NCBI GenBank assembly: GCA_038134595.1
Contig: JAYPVM010000005.1
Coordinates: 141,336-205,335 of the forward strand
Direction: 5' to 3'
Source: Pseudomonadota bacterium
GTDB taxonomy: Bacteria; Bdellovibrionota_C; UBA2361; OMII01
Length of the DNA: 64,000 nt
A program made the translations under genes and the position numbers. The notes under the pieces were generated by a model. It was given only the letters and a program-made list of their open reading frames with translations. It searched no databases and was not told the origin of the DNA. The number at the start of each line of letters is the position of its first letter. Positions within the stretch are counted from its first letter, which is position 1. Positions 41,873-51,612 of the stretch are shown in pieces.

Positions 41873-42722
41873 CACCACGCAATCCCGAAGTCCCTTGCTG
41901 AGCACTCGGCATACCCTGCTGTGAAATACCAGTGCTAGGTTGTGTCACAACTTCCTTTTCGATTGCCCCCAAAGCGCCACCGCCGGCAACCGCTCCAAGC
42001 GCAGTAGAGAGAGACTGTACAGCCTCTTCAATCTGACCACTTACCGCGTCTAACTTCGCACGATACTGAGGAATGAGAATTTCGACCGCACCAACTACCT
42101 CGTTGTTGCAGCCCCGAACAACACGACTCACGGAAACAACATCCGCCTCGATTCCTCCGCGATCAATGATCTGACCCGTTGTTCGCAATTCATTAAGCTG
42201 GGATTTGATAGCAACATCCTGAACAGAGTCTGTGTTGAGCACCTCCGCTAATACAGAATCAGAAAGATGCGCAGTCAAAAGACGCCCAACGGCACTCGTC
42301 TTTGCTGGGTAAGAGACTCCTACCCGAGGAGCAACTTTAACCGGACGCTTCGAGGATATACTTACAGGAAACTGAACCTCTGTTCCCTGAAGAACAACGA
42401 GACTTACCGTCTCACCGATAGCTTCACTGAGAGCACGCAGGATTGGGGTCCCCTTGCTTACTAAGGTGCTCTGTGCAAGATACGATTGGCCCATTTGGAG
42501 CGCCTTGACACCAAGTCGATAATCCTCAGTTTCTCGGTTTTGCTCGACGTATCCTCTTAGCTCCAGTGTAGCAAGCAAGCGAAATACATTGTTCTTGTGA
42601 AGTTTTAATCTCTTGGAGAGTTCCGTAACACCGACTTCCCCGTTTGCCTTACATAACTCTTCAATAACGTCGAGAGCGTGTGATACTGATTGGATTAAAT
42701 AATTGGATTTCTCGCGCTTCAT
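41862..42722 (-). CDS. IclR-family transcriptional regulator
   Basis: IQSVSHALDV...GVTELSKRLKLHKNNVFRLLATLE.RGYVEQ...YRLG helix-turn-helix, plus a TSAVGR effector domain. Start placed at ATG 42722. Confidence 0.92.
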   Translation of the reverse strand: MKREKSNYLIQSVSHALDVIEELCKANGEVGVTELSKRLKLHKNNVFRLLATLELRGYVEQNRETEDYRLGVKALQMGQSYLAQSTLVSKGTPILRALSEAIGETVSLVVLQGTEVQFPVSISSKRPVKVAPRVGVSYPAKTSAVGRLLTAHLSDSVLAEVLNTDSVQDVAIKSQLNELRTTGQIIDRGGIEADVVSVSRVVRGCNNEVVGAVEILIPQYRAKLDAVSGQIEEAVQSLSTALGAVAGGGALGAIEKEVVTQPSTGISQQGMPSAQQGTSGLRGAKA

Positions 42723-43069
42723 ACAGTTACATCTCCGCCTGTCTAGTCTGTTAGTCACACTCCGTACCGAGACCCTAGAAAGAAGCATCACCACTTTCCA
42801 GTCCTCAATGCTTCTTAAGCCCCCACGCTTACACGAATTGCGACTTTAAATCTGATTCATACTTTGCGAACTGCTCTGCCTAATCTCCGACTTCCTCAAA
42901 CGATGCTCTAAAAACAACGTTCCGGAACTTCGACTCTCTTGGCAGACGATGATAAGGCAAAACCACTCCCTCAAAACCGCAATGCTGTTCTACATTCCCT
43001 ACTTGGGCTTATATCAGGGCGATCTACAAAACGCAACGTACTATTTTTACTGACATGATACTGGAAAGA

Positions 43070-43825
43070 TTACACTATAAGGTCTCTTGCCTGATAGATT
43101 CCAACCTCTAGCTTTTGACACAATTTAAGCCCCATCGACACCGCGCCTATTCCGAAAGTAGCTCGAGAGCTCACTCGATGCACCAATTCTATCCGCTCGC
43201 CCTCGCCCAAAAAGTACACCGTGTGATCACCTGCAACACTCCCACCTCTAAGCGAGCCAACGCCCACCTCGCCCGGCTCTCTCTTCGAAGACCGGTTAGC
43301 AACGATTCGCTCGTCATCGATCAAACCTTCAGCAATCATTAACGCCGTTCCTGAAGGAGCGTCTTTCTTCTGATTATGATGAATTTCTACAATCTCAATG
43401 TCAAAAGAAGGGCCCAAAAGACGCTTGGCTTCTCTTGCTAAAGAGCTAAGCACTGTGGCCCCTAGAGATGTATTAGATACTCTCGCTAAAGGGATTGCCT
43501 TACCCAAGTCTTCAAACTCTCGAAGCTGCTCTTGCGAATGTCCTGTAGTACCCACTAGAACCGGCACTCGCATCTCTACACACCGACGCACTACCTGCAT
43601 GGAAACCTCGGGGGTTGTGAAATCAATCACTAGATCTGCTCCACTTATCGCATCCAGACTGCCGGAGTACGCAATACTCGTTCCTTCTACTACAACACCC
43701 ACCTTAGTAGACCCTGACGATACGACCGCCGCATGAAGCACTACATCATCTCGAGCACCCACTGCCGAGACCACATGCCGCCCTGTCCGACCAGACGCTC
43801 CAATAACTGCAACCCGAGTTTTCAT
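43070..43825 (-). CDS. dapB: 4-hydroxy-tetrahydrodipicolinate reductase
   Basis: GASGRTG, IDFT, GTTG and EIHHNQKKDAPSGTA. Confidence 0.96.
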   Translation of the reverse strand: MKTRVAVIGASGRTGRHVVSAVGARDDVVLHAAVVSSGSTKVGVVVEGTSIAYSGSLDAISGADLVIDFTTPEVSMQVVRRCVEMRVPVLVGTTGHSQEQLREFEDLGKAIPLARVSNTSLGATVLSSLAREAKRLLGPSFDIEIVEIHHNQKKDAPSGTALMIAEGLIDDERIVANRSSKREPGEVGVGSLRGGSVAGDHTVYFLGEGERIELVHRVSSRATFGIGAVSMGLKLCQKLEVGIYQARDLIV

Positions 43826-44694
43826 TCAAAAGCCTCACATATCCGAATACGATTCTCATCTGACAAAGGTACTAACGGCAGTCTCACAGCGTCACAACTA
43901 ATAATCCCCCTTTTCGCCAATACTGCCTTGGCTGGCACAGGGTTAGTTTCTATAAACAGACGCCGAATCTTTGGAATCATTGCCAACTGAGCGCTTACTG
44001 CAACACTGCCTTTGCCTTCTTGCCACGCTTGCCAAACACGACAGAACTCCTCAGGCATCACATTAGCTGATGCTGACACAATGCCACGCCCCCCACACGC
44101 TAATGCCCCTGAAAACATTGCGTCCTCGCCCGTTAGAAGATCGCACTCCTCTTTTACTGCCAATTTGACATCTAAAAATGTATCTAGCGATCCCGAAGAC
44201 TCCTTAATTGCGTCGATAAGGCCTCGACGACTAAGCTCCCCTAATGTATCCGGCTGAATCGAAACTCCACTTCGACTGGGAATGTTATACGCAACTATCG
44301 GAAGACTCGTTGCGCCCGCTACATGAGCAAAATGCTCTAGAAGGCCAGCCTGGCTAGGCTTATTGTAGGGAGGTGCCGCCAATAAAATACCATCGCACTT
44401 TAATTCCTCAATAACTCTGGCCATCTCGACGGCTCGAGCAGTAGCACTAACAGACACACCAGCAATAACGGGACGATCTCCAGCAAGCTCCCTCACCTGC
44501 CTGACAACATCGACATATTCTGAATCAGAAAGCGTTGCCGCCTCTCCTGTGGAGCCACAAACAATAAATCCAGTTACATCCGATGCGCACTGAAACTCAA
44601 TCAACTGCCTGAGCGACTTTACGTCAACGCAACCTCCATCTGAACTAAACGGAGTAACTAACGCTGTGTACACCCCTTGAAATTTTGTTTTCAT
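43822..44694 (-). CDS. dapA: 4-hydroxy-tetrahydrodipicolinate synthase
   Basis: TALVTPF, GSTGE, YNIPSR, IKESSG and ETNPVP; adjacent to dapB. Start placed at ATG 44694. Confidence 0.94.
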   Translation of the reverse strand: MKTKFQGVYTALVTPFSSDGGCVDVKSLRQLIEFQCASDVTGFIVCGSTGEAATLSDSEYVDVVRQVRELAGDRPVIAGVSVSATARAVEMARVIEELKCDGILLAAPPYNKPSQAGLLEHFAHVAGATSLPIVAYNIPSRSGVSIQPDTLGELSRRGLIDAIKESSGSLDTFLDVKLAVKEECDLLTGEDAMFSGALACGGRGIVSASANVMPEEFCRVWQAWQEGKGSVAVSAQLAMIPKIRRLFIETNPVPAKAVLAKRGIISCDAVRLPLVPLSDENRIRICEAFE

Positions 44695-44843
44695 TACTGG
44701 TCTCCCTTCCATTACGGAATAACGATTAGACTATCTCGTTGCGCCACACATTACCCGACTAAACAAACAGTACTCCTTCGAAACAAAAGTACAGTCACAA
44801 GCTATCACTACCCTCTTGCGACACTAGCTTGGTTTGTCTACCG

Positions 44844-45416
44844 CTAAAAGACCTGCGGAACACCACTCTTTCGAACGCTACCCTTGACCACCTTGCGTTC
44901 GATGATACTGTCGACTCCTTTGAACAACACTTGGACTTGCTCACGAATCCCCCCTCGTACACCACCCTGATTTGTTGGCACGATCTGATACAGATACATC
45001 ACATCTTTCTTCAAATCAGAATCCTCAAGCGAAAAAGTCGATAGCGCACTCGGAGCTTCAATACGCCGGCCAATCCGCCCCTGAGCTCTGGCCTCTCTCC
45101 TAAGCTGATCTCGAACTACCACATGGGTATCGTCGAGCTCCGCAAGCACAACAAACTCCTCCTGCACATCCTCGAGAACCTCTTCCTCCCCCACGGTCCT
45201 CCTTTCAACGAGGACCTTGTCGGATTGCCCCAATTCTTTCCCTCGCATATCTTGGTCAGATACCGTCCACGTTAACGATATACTGTCTTCTCCTGCGACA
45301 ACTTGTAGATTCTCTACAGCACTCGGCGCTGCCAATTCTGGAATAATAGGTGGGGCATACTTACCGCATCCAAAGAACATAACCGCACAAGCTACGCTGC
45401 CTACAAAACGACGCAT
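44844..45416 (-). CDS. Lipoprotein with fibronectin type III-like domain
   Basis: Signal peptide ending FFG-C followed by GKYAPP..P; P.AV.NL...ISLTW...YLYQIVP resembles FN3. Confidence 0.7.
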   Translation of the reverse strand: MRRFVGSVACAVMFFGCGKYAPPIIPELAAPSAVENLQVVAGEDSISLTWTVSDQDMRGKELGQSDKVLVERRTVGEEEVLEDVQEEFVVLAELDDTHVVVRDQLRREARAQGRIGRRIEAPSALSTFSLEDSDLKKDVMYLYQIVPTNQGGVRGGIREQVQVLFKGVDSIIERKVVKGSVRKSGVPQVF

Positions 45417-45455
45417 CCGCAAGACTCCCCCAAAACGTTACCAGCCACAGATAAA

Positions 45456-48197
45456 CTACTTATCCATAAAACCCCGAAGTCTTTTACTACGACTGGGGTG
45501 TCTAAGTTTACGGAGGGCTTTGGCCTCAATTTGACGTATCCGCTCTCTTGTCACATCGAAATTTTGCCCAACCTCCTCTAAGGTATGGTCACTCTTCTCT
45601 CCGATACCAAAACGCATGCGCAAAACCTTCTCCTCTCGAGGAGTCAACGTTGCTAATACCTTTCGAGTCTGCTCCTGCAGGTTCATATTGACCACCGCAT
45701 TGGCTGGAGAAACGACCCGCTTGTCCTCGATGAAATCACCAAGATGAGAGTCTTCCTCTTCTCCTATCGGGGTTTCAAGAGAGATAGGCTCCTTTGCAAT
45801 TTTAAGAACCTTCCTAACTTTGTCGATCGGGATTTCCATTTTTTCCGCGATCTCCTCGGGCGTGGGCTCCCGGCCTAGGTCTTGAACAAGCTGCCGCGAG
45901 GTCCTAACGAGTTTATTGATGGTCTCAATCATATGTACTGGGATACGAATAATCCGCGCCTGATCAGCAATCGCCCTTGTTATCGCCTGACGAATCCACC
46001 ACGTAGCATATGTCGAAAACTTGTATCCTCTCTGATACTCAAATTTATCAACAGCTTTCATGAGCCCGATATTTCCTTCCTGGATTAGGTCAAGAAATTG
46101 AAGCCCTCTGTTCGTATATTTTTTCGCGATCGACACCACAAGCCGAAGATTCGCCTCGATAAGCTGGTCCTTCGCTAATCGCGCCCGCATCTCTCCATCT
46201 CGCAGGATCTGAACACTCTCAGCCAATTGCGTTGCACTCATAAACACACGGTTTTCAAGCCCCTGTAGTGCCTCATACGTGCGGCGCAGAGGCTCTTCCC
46301 AATGCTTTAAATTGGTGCTCTTAAGCTTTAAGTGCTTAGCTGCCCGTTTATTGGCGACTTGATCCTCGGACAATAAATCTCCTAACGAATCAACTAACGC
46401 TGGAATTGCCGCTCCGAGCTTTCGACTCGGCATTTGAAGACTTCGATAGAGTTGCTTTCGCTCATCATCTACTGCCTTAATCAACTCTATCATTTTAAAA
46501 AACTGCTTCTGATTGAGATTTAGCTCTTCAATCTTCCCTGCATTCTTTACTATCTGTTTGCCAAATTTCTTCGCTTTATCAGACTCCGCGCGCCTCTCAG
46601 GTGACAGCTCCATGATTTCCTCATAGAGCGCTCGGGTGTCTTTCAAAAGTTTTTTGAAAGATGTAGCTTTCGAAAGAAATGCTTTTTTCTGCTCTTCTTC
46701 CTCCATGTTCGGTGCAACGACTTTTGGATTTAGTTCGTTGCCATCTTCGTCGAACTTGGGCTCCTCTTCTTCTTCCTCCTCTTTTTCACTATCCTGTTCC
46801 GTCTCTTCTTCTGCGAATAGATCTCGGAGTCTAATCTCGTCGTTCTTAACTTTTTCAAAGAGTCCAACAACAAAATCAAGCGCTATTGGCTGCTTTAACA
46901 ACTGGTCACGCACATCTAATAAGCCAGATTCAATCCGCTTGGCTATCTCTACTTCTCCTTCGCGGGTTAAAAGGCTAACATTGCCCATCTCTCGCAAATA
47001 CTGGCGGACGGGATCTGTACTGCGACCCAGTGAGCCTGGCTCAAGCACCTCTGGCGTTCTGTTCTGCTCAAGGTTGTTTCCATCTCCAGACTCCTCTCTG
47101 GGGCTCGCTGGTTGGTCAATAATATCGATATCATGCTCACTGAAGCGCGCGACAACCTCATCAACCTGCTCCTCTGTCATCACCTCACCGGCCAAAGCCT
47201 GGTTTACTTCCTCCATGGTGATGTAGCCCTTCTCTTTTCCAAGCTCAACCAAGCGACTTATCCGCGTCTCAATGTCTCCTTGCTCACTGATATCGATAGC
47301 ACTGTCTATCTCCGAAAGCTCTGACTCGACCTCCTCCTCAAAATCGGACATCTCATCGAGATCGCCATCCATATCATCGCCAATAACGACATCATCATCA
47401 TCTAAAGATAATGCTTCACTTCCTCTGCCCGTATCCTTTTTTGAAGAAGCTTGCTTCTCGCCTGCCGTCCCTTTTCTCGACTTCGACGCTTTAATGTTAT
47501 CGATCTCGACGACACCAACCTCATCACGAGAAGCCTCTTCGGATACTTTCTTTCTGCGTCCCTTTTTTGGTAGAGCCTCCTGCGCGCTCGAAGCCACAAT
47601 TGCTTGAGGTTTCTTTTTTACAGCTTTCTTCTCAGCAAGCGAGGCCTTGACCTTTTTGGCCAAACTAGCTTGTTTATCTTTCAATGAGCTTTTCACGGTA
47701 GCCTCTTTTTTGGCTTTGGACTTTACCACTTTAGCTCCTTGCTTTGCCTTTGATTTGACGACGCTCGTTGCTGGCTTACTGCTCGCAGTGGACGCACGGC
47801 GTCCTGCTTTCTTTTTAACAACCGTTTGCGTTCTTTTGACAGCGGCTTTCGTTGTTCTGCTAGCTGCTGATGATTTCTTGGTCGATGTTTTTTTGGTCGT
47901 CGCCTGCTTCGATGAACTCTTTCCTTGTGTAGTCTTTCCCCTCGACTTCACGCCAGCTTTGTTAGCGACTGTTGCACTCGTCGACACCCGCTTGCTTGAC
48001 GTTCGGGCGCCGCTTTTAGCGGCAGACTTACCTTTAGTTATTGCCACTGTCTTCTTTGACGCTTTCCGAGCGACCGCCTTCGTCGAAGCCCGCTTCGTGC
48101 TCGTCCCTGAGGCTTTTACTGATTTTTTAACTACTGCCTTTCCAACGCTCTTCCGAGCAGTTTTTACCTGCTTTGCTCCGCTCTTTCTTTGAACCAC
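45456..48197 (-). CDS. rpoD: RNA polymerase primary sigma factor RpoD with long basic N-terminal extension
   Basis: Region 1.1 ([12 protein letters not shown]), 1.2 ([11 protein letters not shown]), 2 ([14 protein letters not shown]...[14 protein letters not shown]) and 4 ([18 protein letters not shown]). GGAG RBS before GTG; follows dnaG. Confidence 0.97.
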   Translation of the reverse strand: MVQRKSGAKQVKTARKSVGKAVVKKSVKASGTSTKRASTKAVARKASKKTVAITKGKSAAKSGARTSSKRVSTSATVANKAGVKSRGKTTQGKSSSKQATTKKTSTKKSSAASRTTKAAVKRTQTVVKKKAGRRASTASSKPATSVVKSKAKQGAKVVKSKAKKEATVKSSLKDKQASLAKKVKASLAEKKAVKKKPQAIVASSAQEALPKKGRRKKVSEEASRDEVGVVEIDNIKASKSRKGTAGEKQASSKKDTGRGSEALSLDDDDVVIGDDMDGDLDEMSDFEEEVESELSEIDSAIDISEQGDIETRISRLVELGKEKGYITMEEVNQALAGEVMTEEQVDEVVARFSEHDIDIIDQPASPREESGDGNNLEQNRTPEVLEPGSLGRSTDPVRQYLREMGNVSLLTREGEVEIAKRIESGLLDVRDQLLKQPIALDFVVGLFEKVKNDEIRLRDLFAEEETEQDSEKEEEEEEEPKFDEDGNELNPKVVAPNMEEEEQKKAFLSKATSFKKLLKDTRALYEEIMELSPERRAESDKAKKFGKQIVKNAGKIEELNLNQKQFFKMIELIKAVDDERKQLYRSLQMPSRKLGAAIPALVDSLGDLLSEDQVANKRAAKHLKLKSTNLKHWEEPLRRTYEALQGLENRVFMSATQLAESVQILRDGEMRARLAKDQLIEANLRLVVSIAKKYTNRGLQFLDLIQEGNIGLMKAVDKFEYQRGYKFSTYATWWIRQAITRAIADQARIIRIPVHMIETINKLVRTSRQLVQDLGREPTPEEIAEKMEIPIDKVRKVLKIAKEPISLETPIGEEEDSHLGDFIEDKRVVSPANAVVNMNLQEQTRKVLATLTPREEKVLRMRFGIGEKSDHTLEEVGQNFDVTRERIRQIEAKALRKLRHPSRSKRLRGFMDK

Positions 48198-48301
48198 ACT
48201 TATACTCCACTTTGGGCATCAAGACCTCATAAACCCCCAACCGCATCGGGCCATTCGAGCTACAAGGTAGATGCCACAGTTATTACAAAACTTTTTCGCC
48301 G

Positions 48302-48329
48302 TCTTTGTTTAGCTCTTCTTTGTTTAGCT
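48302..48329. repeat. 13-bp perfect direct repeat upstream of rpoD
   Basis: TCTTTGTTTAGCT at 48302-48314 and 48317-48329. Confidence 0.6.
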
Positions 48330-48420
48330 ATGGTCAGCGGCAACGCGCACCACCAAGCACCACTCTCTCCGCGAAACCATCGGCAAGATGGCTTATACTA
48401 GCGATTCATCCTAAGAAGGT

Positions 48421-50328
48421 CTAGCCCCTGAGCAGGTTGTCAAGTTGACTTTTTAGGGCCTTCATACGACCAAATGCCTCCGCCTGAGCTTCGGGATTAT
48501 CCGCCGCCTCAACTACCTCAGCTTGAGAAGCTTTGATAAGAGACACCAAGCGTTCACGCTTAAATCCGTCAAGGGTGCGTTGATACACCTCGCCCTGTTC
48601 CTCAGGCGAAGCCTCCATCATAGAATGCGCCTCCTTCCAAAGCCTTCTCCACTCGCTGCTAAGGCCCTGTAAATACAGCCTTATAGATTCTCTCACCCGC
48701 TCATTTTCCTCACGACAACCGTCAAGTATTTCGTGCAAACCCAGCAAGAATCGCAAAGACTCAGGCTGAAGGATCTCACAAATCTCAGGGTTATTTATGA
48801 CCTCAGACATGACCTGAGAGCGCATCACCATAACCACCCTTAGAAGAGTAATATCCAATTTAGGCAAACTATAAGGCCCCCTGGCAACGCCTCCAGAATC
48901 TTGATTTTTTTTCTGATTCTTTTCTTGCTTTACCCCAACCTCACTTGTTTGCTCGCCGCCAGTGGGTCGAGATGAGGTCGTTGCGACTCCGTCGCCCTTT
49001 TGCGACACCAGTTCCTCCAACAAACGAATATCAACTTTAAGAGCTCTCGAGATTCTCGACAAGAGCGTTGTCAGAACCACTTTATGTCGAACCCCCCGTA
49101 ATCCCTCGATAATTTCATCACATACTTTTCCTAGCCTGTTCGGGCCAAGTGGCTCTCCGGGGGTTTGCCCATGCTTACGAAGTATCCCTTCAACATACAC
49201 ATCTACTAAAAGCGCCGACGGGAGAGCCCGTAACGATTCCTTAGTTGCCTCACCGTGTTTTTTGGCAAAGTCATCTGGATCTTCTCCATTGGGCAGAAAC
49301 GAAGCCGAAATATCAGTTTCGGCATTTCGACTCACTAAAAAGGACTTAGATGCGGCCGCGCGTCCAGCATCATCTCCATCAAACAATAACGTAACCCGAT
49401 TGCAAATCCCTGAAAGCCTTTTGATATGCTGTTCAGTCATAGCAGTACCACAACACGCGATGACATTCGTAACGCCTCGCATCGCAAGACCCAATACATC
49501 CATATATCCTTCGACGACGTAGGCGTGTTGTTCATTCCGAACGCTCATTAATGCTTGGGGCAAGCCGTAAAACAACTTGCTCTTCTGATACAGCGGTGTT
49601 TCTGGCGAATTTATGTACTTTGGAATTATCCTGTCTCCCTTTGATTCCATTACTCCAGGAATCATTCTACCGCCAAAACCAGCGATGCGCTTAGCATCGA
49701 TAAAGACCGGGAATATCAACCTGCCCCGAAAAAGTTCATATAGATCTCCGCGAGCGGTTCGACGGATCAAACCGGTCAACAGAATCTCTTCTTCACTAAA
49801 CCCACTCGACTTGAGAACATCAAGCAGCGCTCCTCTCTGAGTGGGGCAATATCCAATTCCAAACGTGTTGATAACATCAGCGGTTAGAGCCCGCTTTTTG
49901 AGGTATATACCGACCTGGGCAAATTCACCTTGTCCAGTCTTGACCTGTAATAAACTCCGACGAAAAAACTGTTGTGCCACCTGGCATATTGCGAATAGAT
50001 GCTCTCGATTGACTCGTGGCGCCGAAGGTTTACCCGCCTCATATTCAAGCGAGATTCCAAAACGGCCCGCAAGCATCTCTACGGCGTCGGGAAAACTCAT
50101 CGCTCGAGTTGCCATGACAAAGCTAATAACGTTCCCGGAGCTTCCACACCCAAAACAATGGTAGCTATTAGAGTGCTCTCTTACAAAGAACGAGGGAGAG
50201 CGTTCTGAATGGAAAGGACACAATCCTATAAAATTACTGCCTGACCTGCGCAACGCAACGGTCTCTGACACCACTTCCACGATACTCGCGGAATTCCTCA
50301 CTTTTTCAATGCTTTGCTGCGTTATCAC
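48421..50328 (-). CDS. dnaG: DNA primase
   Basis: CPFH.E.SPSF...CFGC zinc finger, KYINSPET, VVEGYMDV, FDGD.AG and DPDD (TOPRIM). Confidence 0.97.
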   Translation of the reverse strand: MITQQSIEKVRNSASIVEVVSETVALRRSGSNFIGLCPFHSERSPSFFVREHSNSYHCFGCGSSGNVISFVMATRAMSFPDAVEMLAGRFGISLEYEAGKPSAPRVNREHLFAICQVAQQFFRRSLLQVKTGQGEFAQVGIYLKKRALTADVINTFGIGYCPTQRGALLDVLKSSGFSEEEILLTGLIRRTARGDLYELFRGRLIFPVFIDAKRIAGFGGRMIPGVMESKGDRIIPKYINSPETPLYQKSKLFYGLPQALMSVRNEQHAYVVEGYMDVLGLAMRGVTNVIACCGTAMTEQHIKRLSGICNRVTLLFDGDDAGRAAASKSFLVSRNAETDISASFLPNGEDPDDFAKKHGEATKESLRALPSALLVDVYVEGILRKHGQTPGEPLGPNRLGKVCDEIIEGLRGVRHKVVLTTLLSRISRALKVDIRLLEELVSQKGDGVATTSSRPTGGEQTSEVGVKQEKNQKKNQDSGGVARGPYSLPKLDITLLRVVMVMRSQVMSEVINNPEICEILQPESLRFLLGLHEILDGCREENERVRESIRLYLQGLSSEWRRLWKEAHSMMEASPEEQGEVYQRTLDGFKRERLVSLIKASQAEVVEAADNPEAQAEAFGRMKALKSQLDNLLRG

Positions 50329-50441
50329 AGTGGTACATTATCACATGCCCGTAGATTCTCAATTGAAAGAGCATCGGGTTGCTTCATTTTTGATCCCAAG
50401 TAGACCTACCGACAAAAACGGGTTCGCCATAACGCAAACAA

Positions 50442-50939
50442 CTAACCGGAAGTAGACTCTTCCTCCGAATAGGATACCGAGATTTCAATGATTTCATACT
50501 CCCTGGCACCTCCTGGCAATGGAACCTTTACCACATCACCAAGCTCTCTACCTATAAGGGCCTTGCCCAAAGGGGCTTCAAACGATATCCAACCCTTTGA
50601 AATATCAGTTTCTTCAGCGCCAAAAATACTCAGAATCCGCTCCTCTCCAGAATCAAGGTCTTCAATGGTCACGGTAACTCCAAACACAACGCGCGAGAAA
50701 TCAGTTACCTTTCGAGGATCAATCACATCTGCCATGGCCAGCCTGGCCTCGATATCACGAATCTTGGCTTCGGTCATTCCCGACTTCTCTTTAGCCGCAT
50801 CATAATCAGCATTCTCAGAGAGGTCACCGTGACCGCGTGCTATCTCAATAGCTTGCGCCAATTCAGGTCTCATCGCCTTTAGCTGCGTCAGCTCTCTACG
50901 AAGTGAGGCGTAGCCCCTTGGAGTCATTGGAAGTTTCAT
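50442..50939 (-). CDS. greA: Transcription elongation factor GreA
   Basis: ARGHGDLSENADYDAAKE and IS..APLGKAL.G. Confidence 0.96.
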   Translation of the reverse strand: MKLPMTPRGYASLRRELTQLKAMRPELAQAIEIARGHGDLSENADYDAAKEKSGMTEAKIRDIEARLAMADVIDPRKVTDFSRVVFGVTVTIEDLDSGEERILSIFGAEETDISKGWISFEAPLGKALIGRELGDVVKVPLPGGAREYEIIEISVSYSEEESTSG

Positions 50940-51023
50940 GATAGGTCCTATTTCCCGTACTCGATATCACATTGCCGCACACTAGTAGCGCGAGACTCTT
51001 TCACTGCGTGCCTCCGGCGTCAT

Positions 51024-51578
51024 TTAGGCACGACTTTGGTATTCTCCCGTCTCGGTATTAACTACTATCTTCTCACCGATGTTAACAAACTGCGGCACAG
51101 TAAGCTGAAGCCCAGTATCAGTCGTTGCCGGCTTAGGCGAATTGGTCGCCGTAGCACCCTTGAGACCTGGTTCCGTCTCTTCAACCGTTAAGACTACTGT
51201 TTGCGGGAGCTGAATGCCGATTGGATTTTCCTCGTACACTGAAAGCTGTACATCCATACTCTCCTGCAAGTAATACTTACTGGTACCGAGCATCTCATCG
51301 TCGAGCGTGACCTGCTCATATGTTTCGTTGTTCATAAAGTGATAGCCAGATTGATCTGAATACAAAAAAGTTGCAGGCTGATTAAAAACATCAGCTGTCT
51401 CAACATCCTCTGTAGAGCTAAAACGATGCTCCTGTTGAGTTCCTGTAAAAAGATTTCGAAGCTTCATGTGAACCATCGCTCGTAGATTTCCCGGCGTGTG
51501 GTGGTGGAAATCCATCACACTAAACAACGAATCTTTGAATTTAATAACCGTGCCTCGTCGAACATCTTTTGCTTTCAT
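51024..51578 (-). CDS. efp: Elongation factor P (Asn at the tip position)
   Basis: FLY.D...YHFM..ETYEQ, EPGLKG.TA...KPA...TG...VP.F and NTETGEY.SR; the loop reads TPGNLRA. Confidence 0.95.
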   Translation of the reverse strand: MKAKDVRRGTVIKFKDSLFSVMDFHHHTPGNLRAMVHMKLRNLFTGTQQEHRFSSTEDVETADVFNQPATFLYSDQSGYHFMNNETYEQVTLDDEMLGTSKYYLQESMDVQLSVYEENPIGIQLPQTVVLTVEETEPGLKGATATNSPKPATTDTGLQLTVPQFVNIGEKIVVNTETGEYQSRA

Positions 51579-51612
51579 CGTTTCTTTCTCCGTATCTATA
51601 AACCTCTAAAAA

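Noticed and set aside
46636..47226. 196-aa Ser-rich plus-strand ORF
   Set aside because: It is the antisense shadow of the Glu/Asp-rich part of rpoD.
47647..48192. 181-aa hydrophobic plus-strand ORF (F/L/V/A-rich)
   Set aside because: It is the antisense mirror of the Lys-rich rpoD tail (AAA/AAG read as TTT/CTT) and has no independent evidence.
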